A stretch of 64,000 bases of DNA from an uncultured bacterium. Its GTDB lineage: Bacteria; Zhuqueibacterota; QNDG01; JAGLOF01. The translations under genes were made by a program, and so were the position numbers. Shown piece after piece: positions 28,881 through 38,714 of this stretch (the stretch's first letter is position 1; every line of letters starts with the position of its first letter). The notes under the pieces are model-generated. The model ran no database searches and was not told where the DNA came from. It saw only the letters and a program-made list of their open reading frames with translations. The stretch covers positions 5,173-69,172 of the forward strand of contig CAZUMH010000006.1 in assembly GCA_964621645.1 (NCBI GenBank), given 5' to 3'.

Positions 28881-29885
28881 ATGAAAAAGAAGATAGTGAT
28901 CGTAGCGCTGCTGCTCCCGATTTTGGCCCGGGCCGGGGATTATGGGGCCTCCTTTCTCTCCATCGGGCTGGGAGCCAGGCCGCTGGCCATGGGCGGAGCT
29001 TTTGTGGCCGTGGCAGACGGCGGCAGTGCCTTTTATTGGAATCCGGCCGGGCTGGCCCTGGTGCGCAGAGCCGGCCTGCAGGGTATGTACGGCCCCCAGT
29101 TCGGTTCCATATCGGAACCGCAGGGTCAGTTCCATCATCTGGGCCTGACCCTGCCGCTGAAGGGACAGGCCGTGATCGCAGTGAACTGGATCCGCCTGGC
29201 GGTGGACGAAATCCCCGTCTATTCAGAACTTCAGGGTGATTCCTACTGGGACCGGTTTCATGATCCATCCTTGCGGCCCACCGGATTGCCGGAAGGATAT
29301 ATCTCGGACGTGGAGGACGCCCTGTTCTTCTCCTTCGGCCTGCAGAACCAGACCCGGATAGATCTGGGCTGGGACCTGCAAAAGGTGCGGGTCGAATTCC
29401 CTCTTGGCTTCAGCCTCAAGTGGTTCAGGCAGGTACTGGGTGAGGGAGAAGCCACCGGGCTGGGACTGGATGTGGGCGGCATGTGCCGGATCTACCTGAA
29501 TGATTTTTTACAGAACGAACATTTCGGGATCTTCAGCCTGGCGTTAACCCTGCGGGATGTGGCTGGATCTACCCTGGGATGGAACACCAGTCACGAAGAT
29601 GTAATCCCGGCAAATCTTGTCTGGGGTGTCTCTTACCGGCAGCCGGTCAAAGCCCTCAAGGGAGCCGTCACTCTGGCTCACGACAGGGAAAAGCGCTACC
29701 ACGGCCGAAGCAGATGGGGCCTGGAATACAGCGGGTATAACCTGCTGGCTCTGCGTCTCGGTCTGGATGCTGGAAGGATCTGTGCCGGAGCAGGATTACA
29801 TTTCTGGCGGCTCAGCGTCGATTACGCCTTTATCAGTCATGAACTGGACAACCTGCACCGGCTCAGCTGCGGCGTTCGCTTGTAG
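28881..29885 (+). CDS. PorV/UPF0164 family outer-membrane barrel protein
   Basis: Signal peptide; FLSIGLGARPLAMGGAFVAVADGGSAFYWNPAGL motif; C-terminal VDYAF...HRLSCGVRL. Confidence 0.85.
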   Translation: MKKKIVIVALLLPILARAGDYGASFLSIGLGARPLAMGGAFVAVADGGSAFYWNPAGLALVRRAGLQGMYGPQFGSISEPQGQFHHLGLTLPLKGQAVIAVNWIRLAVDEIPVYSELQGDSYWDRFHDPSLRPTGLPEGYISDVEDALFFSFGLQNQTRIDLGWDLQKVRVEFPLGFSLKWFRQVLGEGEATGLGLDVGGMCRIYLNDFLQNEHFGIFSLALTLRDVAGSTLGWNTSHEDVIPANLVWGVSYRQPVKALKGAVTLAHDREKRYHGRSRWGLEYSGYNLLALRLGLDAGRICAGAGLHFWRLSVDYAFISHELDNLHRLSCGVRL

Positions 29886-29896
29886 GGAGGACGGTC

Positions 29897-30610
29897 ATGA
29901 AGAGGCTATCTTTTTTCTTGCTATTAGTAGTTACTTTCTTTATCTTTAGCTGTAATACAGGGACCGGCCCCGGAGGCAGGAAACCAGCCGCAGTTATCCT
30001 CATTCCCACAGCGTCTGACACGGCGGGAGTGGAAAGCGGGATTGATGCAGTGCCGGCCGGGAATGTCATACGGGTCGAATGGCGGCAGCACCCGGATGAG
30101 CTGGTGACGGCTTTTCGGGTCTACCGTTCCCAAGAAGAAGAGAATTTCACGTTAGCAGCGACGGTCACCGCACCGGATACAGCCTGGGAGGATGCGGGTG
30201 TGCAACCATACCAGCGCTATTATTACTACGCCCAGGCCCTGACAGCAGACGGCATCGGCAGCGATCCATCGGATACCCTCAGTTACCAGCTGCTGTACAA
30301 AGCCGACCATCTCCAAGTTGGAGGCGGTGACACCAGCCGGCCGGAATTCAGTTGGGAGGATCCAAACCAGCCGCAGGCAGGATTTTATTGTATTCGCGTC
30401 GTAGACGAGTCTTCCCAGGAACCTGTCTGGATCTGTATGGTTCAGTCCACCTACAGCGGCGGCAGGGAAAAGATTCAGTACAACAGCAACGGAACCGCAC
30501 GTCAGGCAGATCTCACTTCAGAAAAAGACTACAGATGGAGGATTGACGTAGTCGGTTCCGAAGCATATAGCGGATCGGAAAGTCTTTGGCAATCATTCAC
30601 CGTACAATGA
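29897..30610 (+). CDS. Lipoprotein with fibronectin type III-like domain(s)
   Basis: Lipobox FIFSC; VEW...FRVYRS...WEDAGVQPYQRYYYYAQA...SDPS is an FN3 pattern. Confidence 0.7.
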   Translation: MKRLSFFLLLVVTFFIFSCNTGTGPGGRKPAAVILIPTASDTAGVESGIDAVPAGNVIRVEWRQHPDELVTAFRVYRSQEEENFTLAATVTAPDTAWEDAGVQPYQRYYYYAQALTADGIGSDPSDTLSYQLLYKADHLQVGGGDTSRPEFSWEDPNQPQAGFYCIRVVDESSQEPVWICMVQSTYSGGREKIQYNSNGTARQADLTSEKDYRWRIDVVGSEAYSGSESLWQSFTVQ

Positions 30611-30617
30611 GGCAGGT

Positions 30618-31133
30618 ATGAGACAAAAACAGGTCACGCCCATCCTCTATATCCCTTTGATAATGCTTTTTTTTGGAGCAGAGGCCGGATTTTCCCAGGA
30701 ACAGCGTACCCAGATACCGGGCCAGCGACAGGCGGCCGTATATTATATGGGTTCAGAAGATGAGCTGCTGGTGCCGGTAAACATCTGGGGTTTCGTGCAG
30801 CGCCCCGGCCAGTACTGGATACCGAACAATACCGATCTGCTGTCATTGATATCCTTCGCCGGAGGCCCGCTTCAGGATGCGAAACTGGGAAATGTAAGGA
30901 TCGTACGCAGTGACAAGGAACTTGGAAATATTATCATCCCGGTTGATGTCAAGAAGTATCTGGAAACCGCGGACACCAGATTGATCCCGCTGCTCAGACC
31001 GGGTGATACGGTCGTCTTAAAAGGAACGACCTTTTACTGGATTAAATCCGCCTTTGATTTTCTCTCCCGGTTCACGGCTTTCGCTCAGATTATCTATTTC
31101 GTCGTCATCGCAGACGCCTATTTGAATAAGTGA
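30618..31133 (+). CDS. SLBB (beta-grasp) domain protein, Wza-like periplasmic module
   Basis: VNIWGFVQRPGQY...DLLSLISFAGG...VRIVR...LRPGDTVVL; signal peptide. Confidence 0.8.
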   Translation: MRQKQVTPILYIPLIMLFFGAEAGFSQEQRTQIPGQRQAAVYYMGSEDELLVPVNIWGFVQRPGQYWIPNNTDLLSLISFAGGPLQDAKLGNVRIVRSDKELGNIIIPVDVKKYLETADTRLIPLLRPGDTVVLKGTTFYWIKSAFDFLSRFTAFAQIIYFVVIADAYLNK

Positions 31134-31157
31134 CATATCATGGGGAGAAAGAAACAT

Positions 31158-31895
31158 ATGAAAGGTGTTGTTCTGGCCGGCGGGCTGGGCACCCGCCTGT
31201 TACCGTTGACGAAAGTGACAAACAAGCATCTGTTGCCCATCTACAACAAGCCGATGATATTTTATCCAATCGAGACGCTTGTCAAAGCCGGTATCGATGA
31301 AATCCTCATTGTCACCGGCGGTGAGAACGCGGGAGAATTCCTTCGCCTTCTGGGTAACGGCAAGACCTTCGGGCTGAAACACATCCATTATACCTATCAG
31401 GAAGGTGAAGGCGGCATCGCCGACGCCCTGGGGCTGGCCAGACATTTCGCGGATGAGGACCTTATCACTGTTATCCTGGGTGACAACATCATCGAGGACA
31501 ATATCACGGGAGCGGTGGAAGCCTTCAAACAACATGGAGAAGGAGCCAAAGTCCTCATCAAGGAAGTAGATGATCCAGAGCGTTTCGGTGTGGCTGAGTT
31601 GAAGAATTCAACCATTGTCAATATAGAGGAAAAACCAAAGAATCCCAAATCCAGATATGCCGTCACCGGTATTTATATGTACGACAAACGGGTCTTCGAC
31701 TTCATCGACCGGCTTACTCCTTCAGACAGGAATGAACTGGAGATCACGGATGTCAATAATTTTTATATCCGGGATGGCAAGATGACCTTCGATCTCCTGT
31801 CGGGATGGTGGACCGATGCGGGGACCTTTGATTCCCTTTTCCGGGCCAATTATCTGGTGGCCAAAAAGCACAAGAAGACTGTGGGGATGAGCTAA
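31158..31895 (+). CDS. Sugar-1-phosphate nucleotidyltransferase (glucose-1-phosphate thymidylyltransferase-like)
   Basis: KGVVLAGGLGTRLLPLT, NKHLLPIY, LGDN, EEKP, ELEITD and WWTDAGTFDSL. Confidence 0.92.
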   Translation: MKGVVLAGGLGTRLLPLTKVTNKHLLPIYNKPMIFYPIETLVKAGIDEILIVTGGENAGEFLRLLGNGKTFGLKHIHYTYQEGEGGIADALGLARHFADEDLITVILGDNIIEDNITGAVEAFKQHGEGAKVLIKEVDDPERFGVAELKNSTIVNIEEKPKNPKSRYAVTGIYMYDKRVFDFIDRLTPSDRNELEITDVNNFYIRDGKMTFDLLSGWWTDAGTFDSLFRANYLVAKKHKKTVGMS

Positions 31896-31909
31896 AAAGC
31901 CTTTGGAGG

Positions 31910-33088
31910 ATGATGATGTTTCGACGGAATAGTATAAAACTGCTGTTTACAGTATTTGTCGCGGGGCTGATGACACCTGCCCTGGCCCAGGACGGCGGGT
32001 ACGGACTCATCTATGTGCAGTCGGCCCGGGTGCTCCCCAAGGGACACCTGGAGATGTACAGCGGAACCCGCTTTTTCGGGAAGATCGCCCAGTTCGGCAG
32101 TGCCGGCAATGCCTATACGCTCTGGAACGTTCAGGAAAGAACCTCCTTCACCCTGGGGATTAATCCAAACCTGGAGATATACCTCTCTCCTATTCTCTAT
32201 CAGGATACCAACAATGAATCCGGAAACGTGCTGGACGGCCAGGGAAACAGTCCTGACGATATCTTTCTTGGATTCAAGGTGGGTTCTTTCGGAGCGCTCG
32301 AAAGCCCCTACCTTTTCGGCGGCCGTGTTTACGCCAGAATTCCCACCGCTTCAGTCCATAACATCATCTACGAACCATATTCAGCCGGAACGCTCGAGGT
32401 GGGGGTGACGCTGCTGGCATCCTATTACAGCAATGTCAGATTTCCCGATGCCGGCTGGTCCCTGCACGCCAATCTCGGATATCTGAATCATAACGATGTG
32501 GGGGCGGAGCTGACCGACAATCCCAACGATCCCAAGCCCATTACCATGAGCAGCGAAATACTTTTTGGAGCCGGTCTTCTCTATCCCGCCGGCACCTTCG
32601 ATTTCTCGGCCGAGCTGAATGCCCGAAGTTTCCTGGCCCGTCCTCCCGAGACGGCTTACAGCAGAGAGTTCGTTTCCTACTTGACGGCCGGAGTCTATTA
32701 CAAACCCTACCGCTGGCTGACCTTCAAGATGGGGATCGATCTGAGGATATTATCAGGTGAAGATATATCGAATTATCAGAATACCAGTCTGGATCCGCCT
32801 CCAGCTGCGGATTTCCCCAATTATCCCGCCTGGCGGGGAATCCTGGGCGTAAGACTGGGTATACTGCCGTTCAGCCAGTATTCCGCGACGGAAAAATCCG
32901 CCCTGGAAAGAAGAGCCGATGAACAGCAGAGAACGCTCGATAAGATCCTTTCGGGAGAGCAGGATGAGAAGAAGGCCGATTCGGAACTTTCCAGACTACG
33001 CTCGGAACGGGTGAAAATAGAGGATGAGCTAAAACGGCTGCGGCAGCTCCTGGAAGCCGAAAAGAAGAAAAAGAAAAAAGACGAATAG
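31910..33088 (+). CDS. Hypothetical outer-membrane barrel protein with C-terminal coiled coil
   Basis: Signal peptide ending ALA-Q; beta-strand body; charged coiled-coil tail ending EKKKKKKDE. Confidence 0.65.
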   Translation: MMMFRRNSIKLLFTVFVAGLMTPALAQDGGYGLIYVQSARVLPKGHLEMYSGTRFFGKIAQFGSAGNAYTLWNVQERTSFTLGINPNLEIYLSPILYQDTNNESGNVLDGQGNSPDDIFLGFKVGSFGALESPYLFGGRVYARIPTASVHNIIYEPYSAGTLEVGVTLLASYYSNVRFPDAGWSLHANLGYLNHNDVGAELTDNPNDPKPITMSSEILFGAGLLYPAGTFDFSAELNARSFLARPPETAYSREFVSYLTAGVYYKPYRWLTFKMGIDLRILSGEDISNYQNTSLDPPPAADFPNYPAWRGILGVRLGILPFSQYSATEKSALERRADEQQRTLDKILSGEQDEKKADSELSRLRSERVKIEDELKRLRQLLEAEKKKKKKDE

Positions 33089-33110
33089 CTGGACAAAGCT
33101 TTGGTTGAAC

Positions 33111-33147
33111 AACCCTGTCCTCCGCGGAAGACAGGGTTTGTTGTTTT
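33111..33147 (+). terminator. Probable intrinsic terminator
   Basis: AACCCTGTC...GACAGGGTT stem followed by TGTTGTTTT. Confidence 0.6.
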
Positions 33148-33180
33148 CTCCCTTTGGCGGCAAATACATGGTGGTGCAGC

Positions 33181-36100
33181 ATGCGATTGAATTCCTACCG
33201 TATAGGTATCATTATCATTCTTTCCGCCCTCCCGCTGTTGGCTCAGGTGGATGAGGAGCAGAAATCCTTCGATTTCGGAGAGAAGCTTTTTCAGGAAGGA
33301 CAGTACGATCTGGCCCTGATTCAGTATGAGAACATTCTGGCCGATTTCCCCTACAGCCACAAGCGTGACCAGGCAATGTACCTGGCCGGGGAGTGCCGCT
33401 TCAATTTGGGAGCCTATCCAGAGGCCAGAAAACTGTATCTGGAATTGGTGGCACACTATAGTGACTCGCCCCTGGCCGGGAAAGCCCAGCTGCGATTGGC
33501 TCAGTGCTTTGAGAAGGAGGGGAAGCCGGAACGGGCCGCTGATTCCTATTACCGGATGTATGCTTACTATACGGCCTCCCCCGAGGCGATTGAAGCCCTT
33601 CTTAAAGCCGCGGTTCTCTATGACCAGACAGGACATTTACTAAAATCCGCTTCTCTCTATACCACCATTCTGGAGAGTGAGGCGGAAGCGCAGTGTAAAT
33701 CAGACGCAGCCCGGGCTCTCATCCTGCTTTACCGAAAACAGGGGGAGCGGGAAAAGGCGGAAGCGGCCGCCCAGCATCTGCTGGAGGCTCCCTACCTGGA
33801 ATCCGACAGCCGGCAGGCTTTGCTGGATCTGGCCGCTGTCCATTCCGATGGAATGCTCTGGAGCAAGGCGGAGCAAGATTATCGGCGCATCCTCGATGCG
33901 GCTTCGAGCGGAGCGGAAGCCGGGAACGAGGCCGTGCTGGGCCTGTCCAGGCTGCTCGTCATGACAAACCGGAGCGCTGAGGCTGAGCGTCTCCTGAGAG
34001 AAAGAATAGCGGGGGAACGTCCCGCCGCAGGGGACCGGCTGCGCCTGCTCTTGGGCCGGATTCTTTTTCAGAACGGCAATGCTGCAGAGGCGTTCCAGCT
34101 GCTGCTTCAGGCCAGGGAGGAGACGTCGTCTCCCGATGTCAGAAACGAGGCCGCTTTATGGGCCGGTCGCGCGGCGCTGCTTATCTCTGAACCCGCCAGA
34201 GCTCTGGCCCTGTTATCGGATCTGGTGAGCGGCGACAGTATCGCTGTTAGCATTCGGAAACAGGGATTGCTCTATACCGCCGAAGCCGCGATTCAGGCGG
34301 GAGATTTTAAGCAGGCACGGATATTTCTCCGGGATTTTCTCTCCCGTTTCCCCCAAGATGCGCTGGCCGCACGGGTTGAGCTGCGTCTTGCCCGAATAAC
34401 CGGCGAGAATTTAGGATGGGAGGAAGAGGGGTTTCTCCTTTTACGGCGAATCATATCGAATTATCCCGATCAGGAGGCTGCCCGCGCCGCCCGGTTTACT
34501 CTGGCCAAAGGAATGGCCAGAGCGGGCCGCAACCGGGAGGCAGCGACGCTGTTTTCGGCTCTGGACGCGGAGGCCGGCTGGTCCCGCTGGGGTCAAAGAG
34601 CCGAGACGGAACTGCAACGACTCAATCCGTTGAATCCGACTGAAACGACCTCTCTGCTGGTGCGGCTTACCGTGTTAACCCAGCAATTTGCCGCCAAACC
34701 TGCAGATCCCCGTCCGCTTCTTGATATGGCCGGAATCTGCCAGGATTCCCTGCGGCAATACTCCGCGGCGGCGGAATACTACCGGCGCTTCCTCCCGACT
34801 GTTACAGATTCACTGCAGCGTGCCGAAATACTGTATCATCTCGGTCTTTGTACCTGGCGGCTGTCGGAAGCTGGCAAAGAGGATCGAGGAGCAGCAGGCC
34901 TTCTTTTTCAGCAGGCTTGCCAGGAAGCGCCGGGCAGCAATATCGCGGCTCTGGCTGAATGGCACTCAATGAGTATGTCCGATTCTGTCGTCACAGGGGA
35001 GCTGGCTGATTTCATGCACCGCTACCCTGACAGCCCTGTATCCAGTCAGGTCCGGCTCAATTTCGGTCTTGGTCTGATGAAAGAGCATTTATTGGACAGC
35101 GCCCGTGTGGAATTGCGTCTGATCTATCATGAGGATGCGGCAGGTGAAACAGCCGGGCAAGCGCTCTATCACGATTTTATCATCAGCAGGATGCTGGGGC
35201 TGGGGGCCGAGGCCGATTCCCTGGCCCGGCAGTACCTTGCCGCATACCCGGAAGGCAGGTATCATCCCCAGGTACGGAAGGCTCTGGCGATCGCCGCTCT
35301 TCCGGAAGATCCAGCGGTTCTCGAGGAGTGGCTGGATAGATATTTTGAGGCTCTGAACGGAGATACGACCGCGGCGCTTCTGGGACGCACCCTGCTGGAA
35401 AGAGGGGAGACGAAGAAAGCGATTCCTCTTCTCTGCCGGTATCTTGAGGCGGACAGTATTCAGGCTCTCGCGGTTCAGACCGGTTTGCGGGAAAACTGGG
35501 AATCCTCCCGAGCCCTTATTCTGGAGCAATTGGCCCGGGCCTATAGGATGTCAGGGGATACACATCGGGCCCGGTGGATGTATTTCAGGCTTTTACGTGT
35601 GGGGGCATCTGGACAACAAACGGGAGAGTATTATCTTTCTCTTGCAGATCTGGCCCGTCAGGAAGAAAACACCGCGGAGGCGGCCTCTTTTCTGCAGGAA
35701 GCGGCCGAAAGGATCGACTCGGACAGCCTGACTGCCCAGTTGGGCGGCTTACAGCTGAAACTGGGAAAAGCGGAGGACGCTGAAAAATCTTACAGGCGTG
35801 CGGAACAGCTCGCTGCCGATCCTGAAGATAAACTGCGTCATAGAGCCATGGCATTGACCTCAGTATACCGTCAGGGTACAATAGCCAGGGCTGACCAGGA
35901 AGCGGAGCGGCTGCCCGCGGCGTATAAGAAAATGCAGCTGTGGCCATGGGTACAGGCATCACTCAATCTGGAAAAAGCCCGGGCTTTAATGGAAGGCAAG
36001 AATTTCGATCAGGCTATCGAAATTCTGGAGAAATTACGTTCGGAATCCTTTAAGGATCTTCTTCCTGAAATAGAATTGGCACTGGGCAAGTCACTGCTGA

Positions 36101-36810
36101 TCACCAACCAGATCGGAGAGGCCCTGAAGATTCTTACCGCCATGCCTGAAAAGTATCCGGATAATCCTATTTTGATTAAAGTATATTACAATCTGGGCGA
36201 CCTTTACTACCGCAGTAATCAGAGAAGCAACGCCATATACGCCCTGCGCCGGGCCCTGCGGGTCCCGGGTGAAAAGACAGAGAAAAAAGATATTTTGAAA
36301 TACCTTATCCGGGTACTGACCGAGCAGGGTATGTATGACGGTGCTCTGGCCCAGGTGCGGGAATATATACACCTTTACCCTAGGGATGATCAAATCCTCA
36401 ACATGAAGGTGAAGATCGGTGATCTTTACCGCAGTCTTAATGACTACAAACGAGCTATCGAGATCTACCGCGATCTCAAACCATATGCCGACCCTCAGAC
36501 GGAGACAGAGATTCAGCTGGCCATCGGTCAGTGTTACGATGCCATGGGCCTCTTTACCGAAGCGGTATATGAATACCTGAAGGTAGTCTATCTTTCCAAA
36601 CCGACCAATCAACTGCCCTGGAAGACTACGGCTCTTTTCGCTGCCGGGCAGGCCTATGAAAAACTGGGTCAGCTGAGTGAGGCACGATCAATGTATGAGC
36701 AGGTTATCAAACGGGAAGGAGCCGGCAGTCGCTGGGGGCAATTCGCAACGGATAAAATACAGAACCTGAATGCTGAAACAAAAGAAAGTGAACGCCAAGG
36801 TAATCGTTAA
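33181..36810 (+). CDS. Very large exported TPR protein (BamD/CpoB-like repeats)
   Basis: Signal peptide MRLNSYRIGIIIILSALPLLAQ; repeated 'YPxS..A..A.Y..G..Y' TPR units across about 1200 aa. Confidence 0.85.
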   Translation: MRLNSYRIGIIIILSALPLLAQVDEEQKSFDFGEKLFQEGQYDLALIQYENILADFPYSHKRDQAMYLAGECRFNLGAYPEARKLYLELVAHYSDSPLAGKAQLRLAQCFEKEGKPERAADSYYRMYAYYTASPEAIEALLKAAVLYDQTGHLLKSASLYTTILESEAEAQCKSDAARALILLYRKQGEREKAEAAAQHLLEAPYLESDSRQALLDLAAVHSDGMLWSKAEQDYRRILDAASSGAEAGNEAVLGLSRLLVMTNRSAEAERLLRERIAGERPAAGDRLRLLLGRILFQNGNAAEAFQLLLQAREETSSPDVRNEAALWAGRAALLISEPARALALLSDLVSGDSIAVSIRKQGLLYTAEAAIQAGDFKQARIFLRDFLSRFPQDALAARVELRLARITGENLGWEEEGFLLLRRIISNYPDQEAARAARFTLAKGMARAGRNREAATLFSALDAEAGWSRWGQRAETELQRLNPLNPTETTSLLVRLTVLTQQFAAKPADPRPLLDMAGICQDSLRQYSAAAEYYRRFLPTVTDSLQRAEILYHLGLCTWRLSEAGKEDRGAAGLLFQQACQEAPGSNIAALAEWHSMSMSDSVVTGELADFMHRYPDSPVSSQVRLNFGLGLMKEHLLDSARVELRLIYHEDAAGETAGQALYHDFIISRMLGLGAEADSLARQYLAAYPEGRYHPQVRKALAIAALPEDPAVLEEWLDRYFEALNGDTTAALLGRTLLERGETKKAIPLLCRYLEADSIQALAVQTGLRENWESSRALILEQLARAYRMSGDTHRARWMYFRLLRVGASGQQTGEYYLSLADLARQEENTAEAASFLQEAAERIDSDSLTAQLGGLQLKLGKAEDAEKSYRRAEQLAADPEDKLRHRAMALTSVYRQGTIARADQEAERLPAAYKKMQLWPWVQASLNLEKARALMEGKNFDQAIEILEKLRSESFKDLLPEIELALGKSLLITNQIGEALKILTAMPEKYPDNPILIKVYYNLGDLYYRSNQRSNAIYALRRALRVPGEKTEKKDILKYLIRVLTEQGMYDGALAQVREYIHLYPRDDQILNMKVKIGDLYRSLNDYKRAIEIYRDLKPYADPQTETEIQLAIGQCYDAMGLFTEAVYEYLKVVYLSKPTNQLPWKTTALFAAGQAYEKLGQLSEARSMYEQVIKREGAGSRWGQFATDKIQNLNAETKESERQGNR

Positions 36811-37657
36811 TCGCGATACCCATCCCTGGATCGTAAGGAGCGCCCTGCGTTCGGCCCTGCTCATTCTTAAAAAGAATGGATTCACCCTTTCGGTAGTTTT
36901 TACCAAGCGGGCGGGACATGCCGAGCCACTGGCGCGTCAGGCGGTTGAAGAAGGATATGAGATAGTGATCGCCGCGGGAGGGGACGGCACCATAAATGAA
37001 ATTCTCAACAGCATCGTCGGCCACGATGTAATGCTGGGTATCCTGCCGATCGGAACAACCAACGTGCTGGCCCGGGAACTGGATATCCCCCTCAGTATCA
37101 ACAAGGCCGCCCGGTTGATCACTCAGCACCGGACTAGACAGATCGATTTGGGGTGCATAAACGGCCGTTATTTCTGTATGATGGCCAGCTGCGGCTATGA
37201 CGCATACACTATCAGCAGGATCAATTTGAAGATCAAACGGTTGATCCGCCGCTATGCCTATGTCTGGGCGGGGGTGAAGGATTTTATCGGTTACCGCCCC
37301 ACCAGAATAGAACTCTCCATCGATAACGGGCGGGTCAGGGAACAGGGAAGCTTTGTCGCTCTCAGTAACACTCACTTCTACGGAGGATCCTACCGGCTCA
37401 CGCCTTACGCCAAAGTGGATGACGGACTGCTGGATCTGCTTATCTATCAGGGCAAAAGCCAGATAGGACTGGTGCGGTTTGTATTTCAAATGTTCTGGGG
37501 CCTGCATATAAAGATGAAGAAGGTCAAGTATTACCGGGTGAAACGAGTGGATTTTTCTTCCGGCCGCAAAACTCTGGTTCAGGCTGACGGTGATCTGATC
37601 GGGGAGTTGCCCATGAGCGCCTGGGTGGTGCCCGGTGCGGTGAAAGTCTTCTGCTGA
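36770..37657 (+). CDS. Diacylglycerol/lipid kinase family protein (YegS/DagK); alternative GTG start at 36788
   Basis: TKRAGHA, AAGGDGTINE, ILPIGTTNVLAREL, DDGLLD and QADGD. Confidence 0.92.
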   Translation: MLKQKKVNAKVIVNRDTHPWIVRSALRSALLILKKNGFTLSVVFTKRAGHAEPLARQAVEEGYEIVIAAGGDGTINEILNSIVGHDVMLGILPIGTTNVLARELDIPLSINKAARLITQHRTRQIDLGCINGRYFCMMASCGYDAYTISRINLKIKRLIRRYAYVWAGVKDFIGYRPTRIELSIDNGRVREQGSFVALSNTHFYGGSYRLTPYAKVDDGLLDLLIYQGKSQIGLVRFVFQMFWGLHIKMKKVKYYRVKRVDFSSGRKTLVQADGDLIGELPMSAWVVPGAVKVFC

Positions 37658-37724
37658 ATGATACCCGAGATGCATCACAGCGGGCTTGGGGTGATATTCA
37701 ACGGAAAAATGAGAAAGAGGGGAT

Positions 37725-38714
37725 ATGCCCGCCAATCTTCCTCCCACGTATTATGCTGCTGAAGAACGATTGCGGCAAACCAGCGATCCCGGCAGGAAAG
37801 TGGAAATTCTCCGGGAAATGCTGGCTATCATGCCTAAACACAAAGGTACGGAACACCTCCAGGGTGATCTGAAACGTCGTATAGCCAAGCTGCAATCCCA
37901 GAGCAAAAAGAAGAGCGCTACCAGCCGTTCTTCGGGCTTGGATCATATCCCTCCGGAAGGGGCGGGGCAGGCGGTTTTAGTGGGCCGGCCCAACGCGGGG
38001 AAATCATCCATCCTATCCCAGCTTACCCATGCCGAATCATCCGTGGCGGAATACCCGTTCTCGACCTTTAAGCCGGTAGTGGGCATGATGCCCTTCCAGG
38101 ACATTCAGATACAGCTGGTGGATCTGCCCCCTGTATCAGCTGAATATCAAGAGCCCTGGCTTTTCAATATTATCAGGCTGGCAGACCTGGTCCTCTGCCT
38201 TATCGATCTTTCCAAAGATGCTCCCCTGGATCAGAAGACGGAACTGGATATGATCCTGGAAGAACACAAGATCGTCCTGAGAAAAGAAGGGGAAAAACGC
38301 CCCTTGGGGCCGGTAGCCTTCAAATCGACCATAGTGATCGGCAGTAAATGCGATACAATGAGAGCCGGGGGCCGCTTTGAAATGCTCCAGACAGGTTTGG
38401 AGGAAGAATTTCCGGTGCTGCCCCTGGCTCTTGACGATACCGAACAGGTGGAGCGGTTCAAAGAAATGGTGTTCAGCGGATTACAGGTCATCCGGATTTA
38501 TACAAAAACGCCTGGAGGCAGGGTGGATCTGGAGAAGCCGTACCTGCTGCCGCGGGGTGCGACCGTTCTGGACGCTGCAGCGGCTATCCACCATGATCTG
38601 GTTGAGAAACTTAACTACGCCCGTATCTGGGGCCACTGCCAATTTGACGGACAGCGGGTTGAACAGGAACATGAACTCCAGGATGGTGACATAATCGAAA
38701 TACACGCGAGGTGA
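37725..38714 (+). CDS. DRG/Rbg-like OBG-family GTPase with C-terminal TGS domain
   Basis: N-terminal PKHKGTEHLQGDLKRRIAKL, G1 GRPNAGKSS, YPFST, QLVDLP; TGS domain IYTK...GATVLD...ARIWG...ELQDGDIIEI. Confidence 0.88.
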   Translation: MPANLPPTYYAAEERLRQTSDPGRKVEILREMLAIMPKHKGTEHLQGDLKRRIAKLQSQSKKKSATSRSSGLDHIPPEGAGQAVLVGRPNAGKSSILSQLTHAESSVAEYPFSTFKPVVGMMPFQDIQIQLVDLPPVSAEYQEPWLFNIIRLADLVLCLIDLSKDAPLDQKTELDMILEEHKIVLRKEGEKRPLGPVAFKSTIVIGSKCDTMRAGGRFEMLQTGLEEEFPVLPLALDDTEQVERFKEMVFSGLQVIRIYTKTPGGRVDLEKPYLLPRGATVLDAAAAIHHDLVEKLNYARIWGHCQFDGQRVEQEHELQDGDIIEIHAR

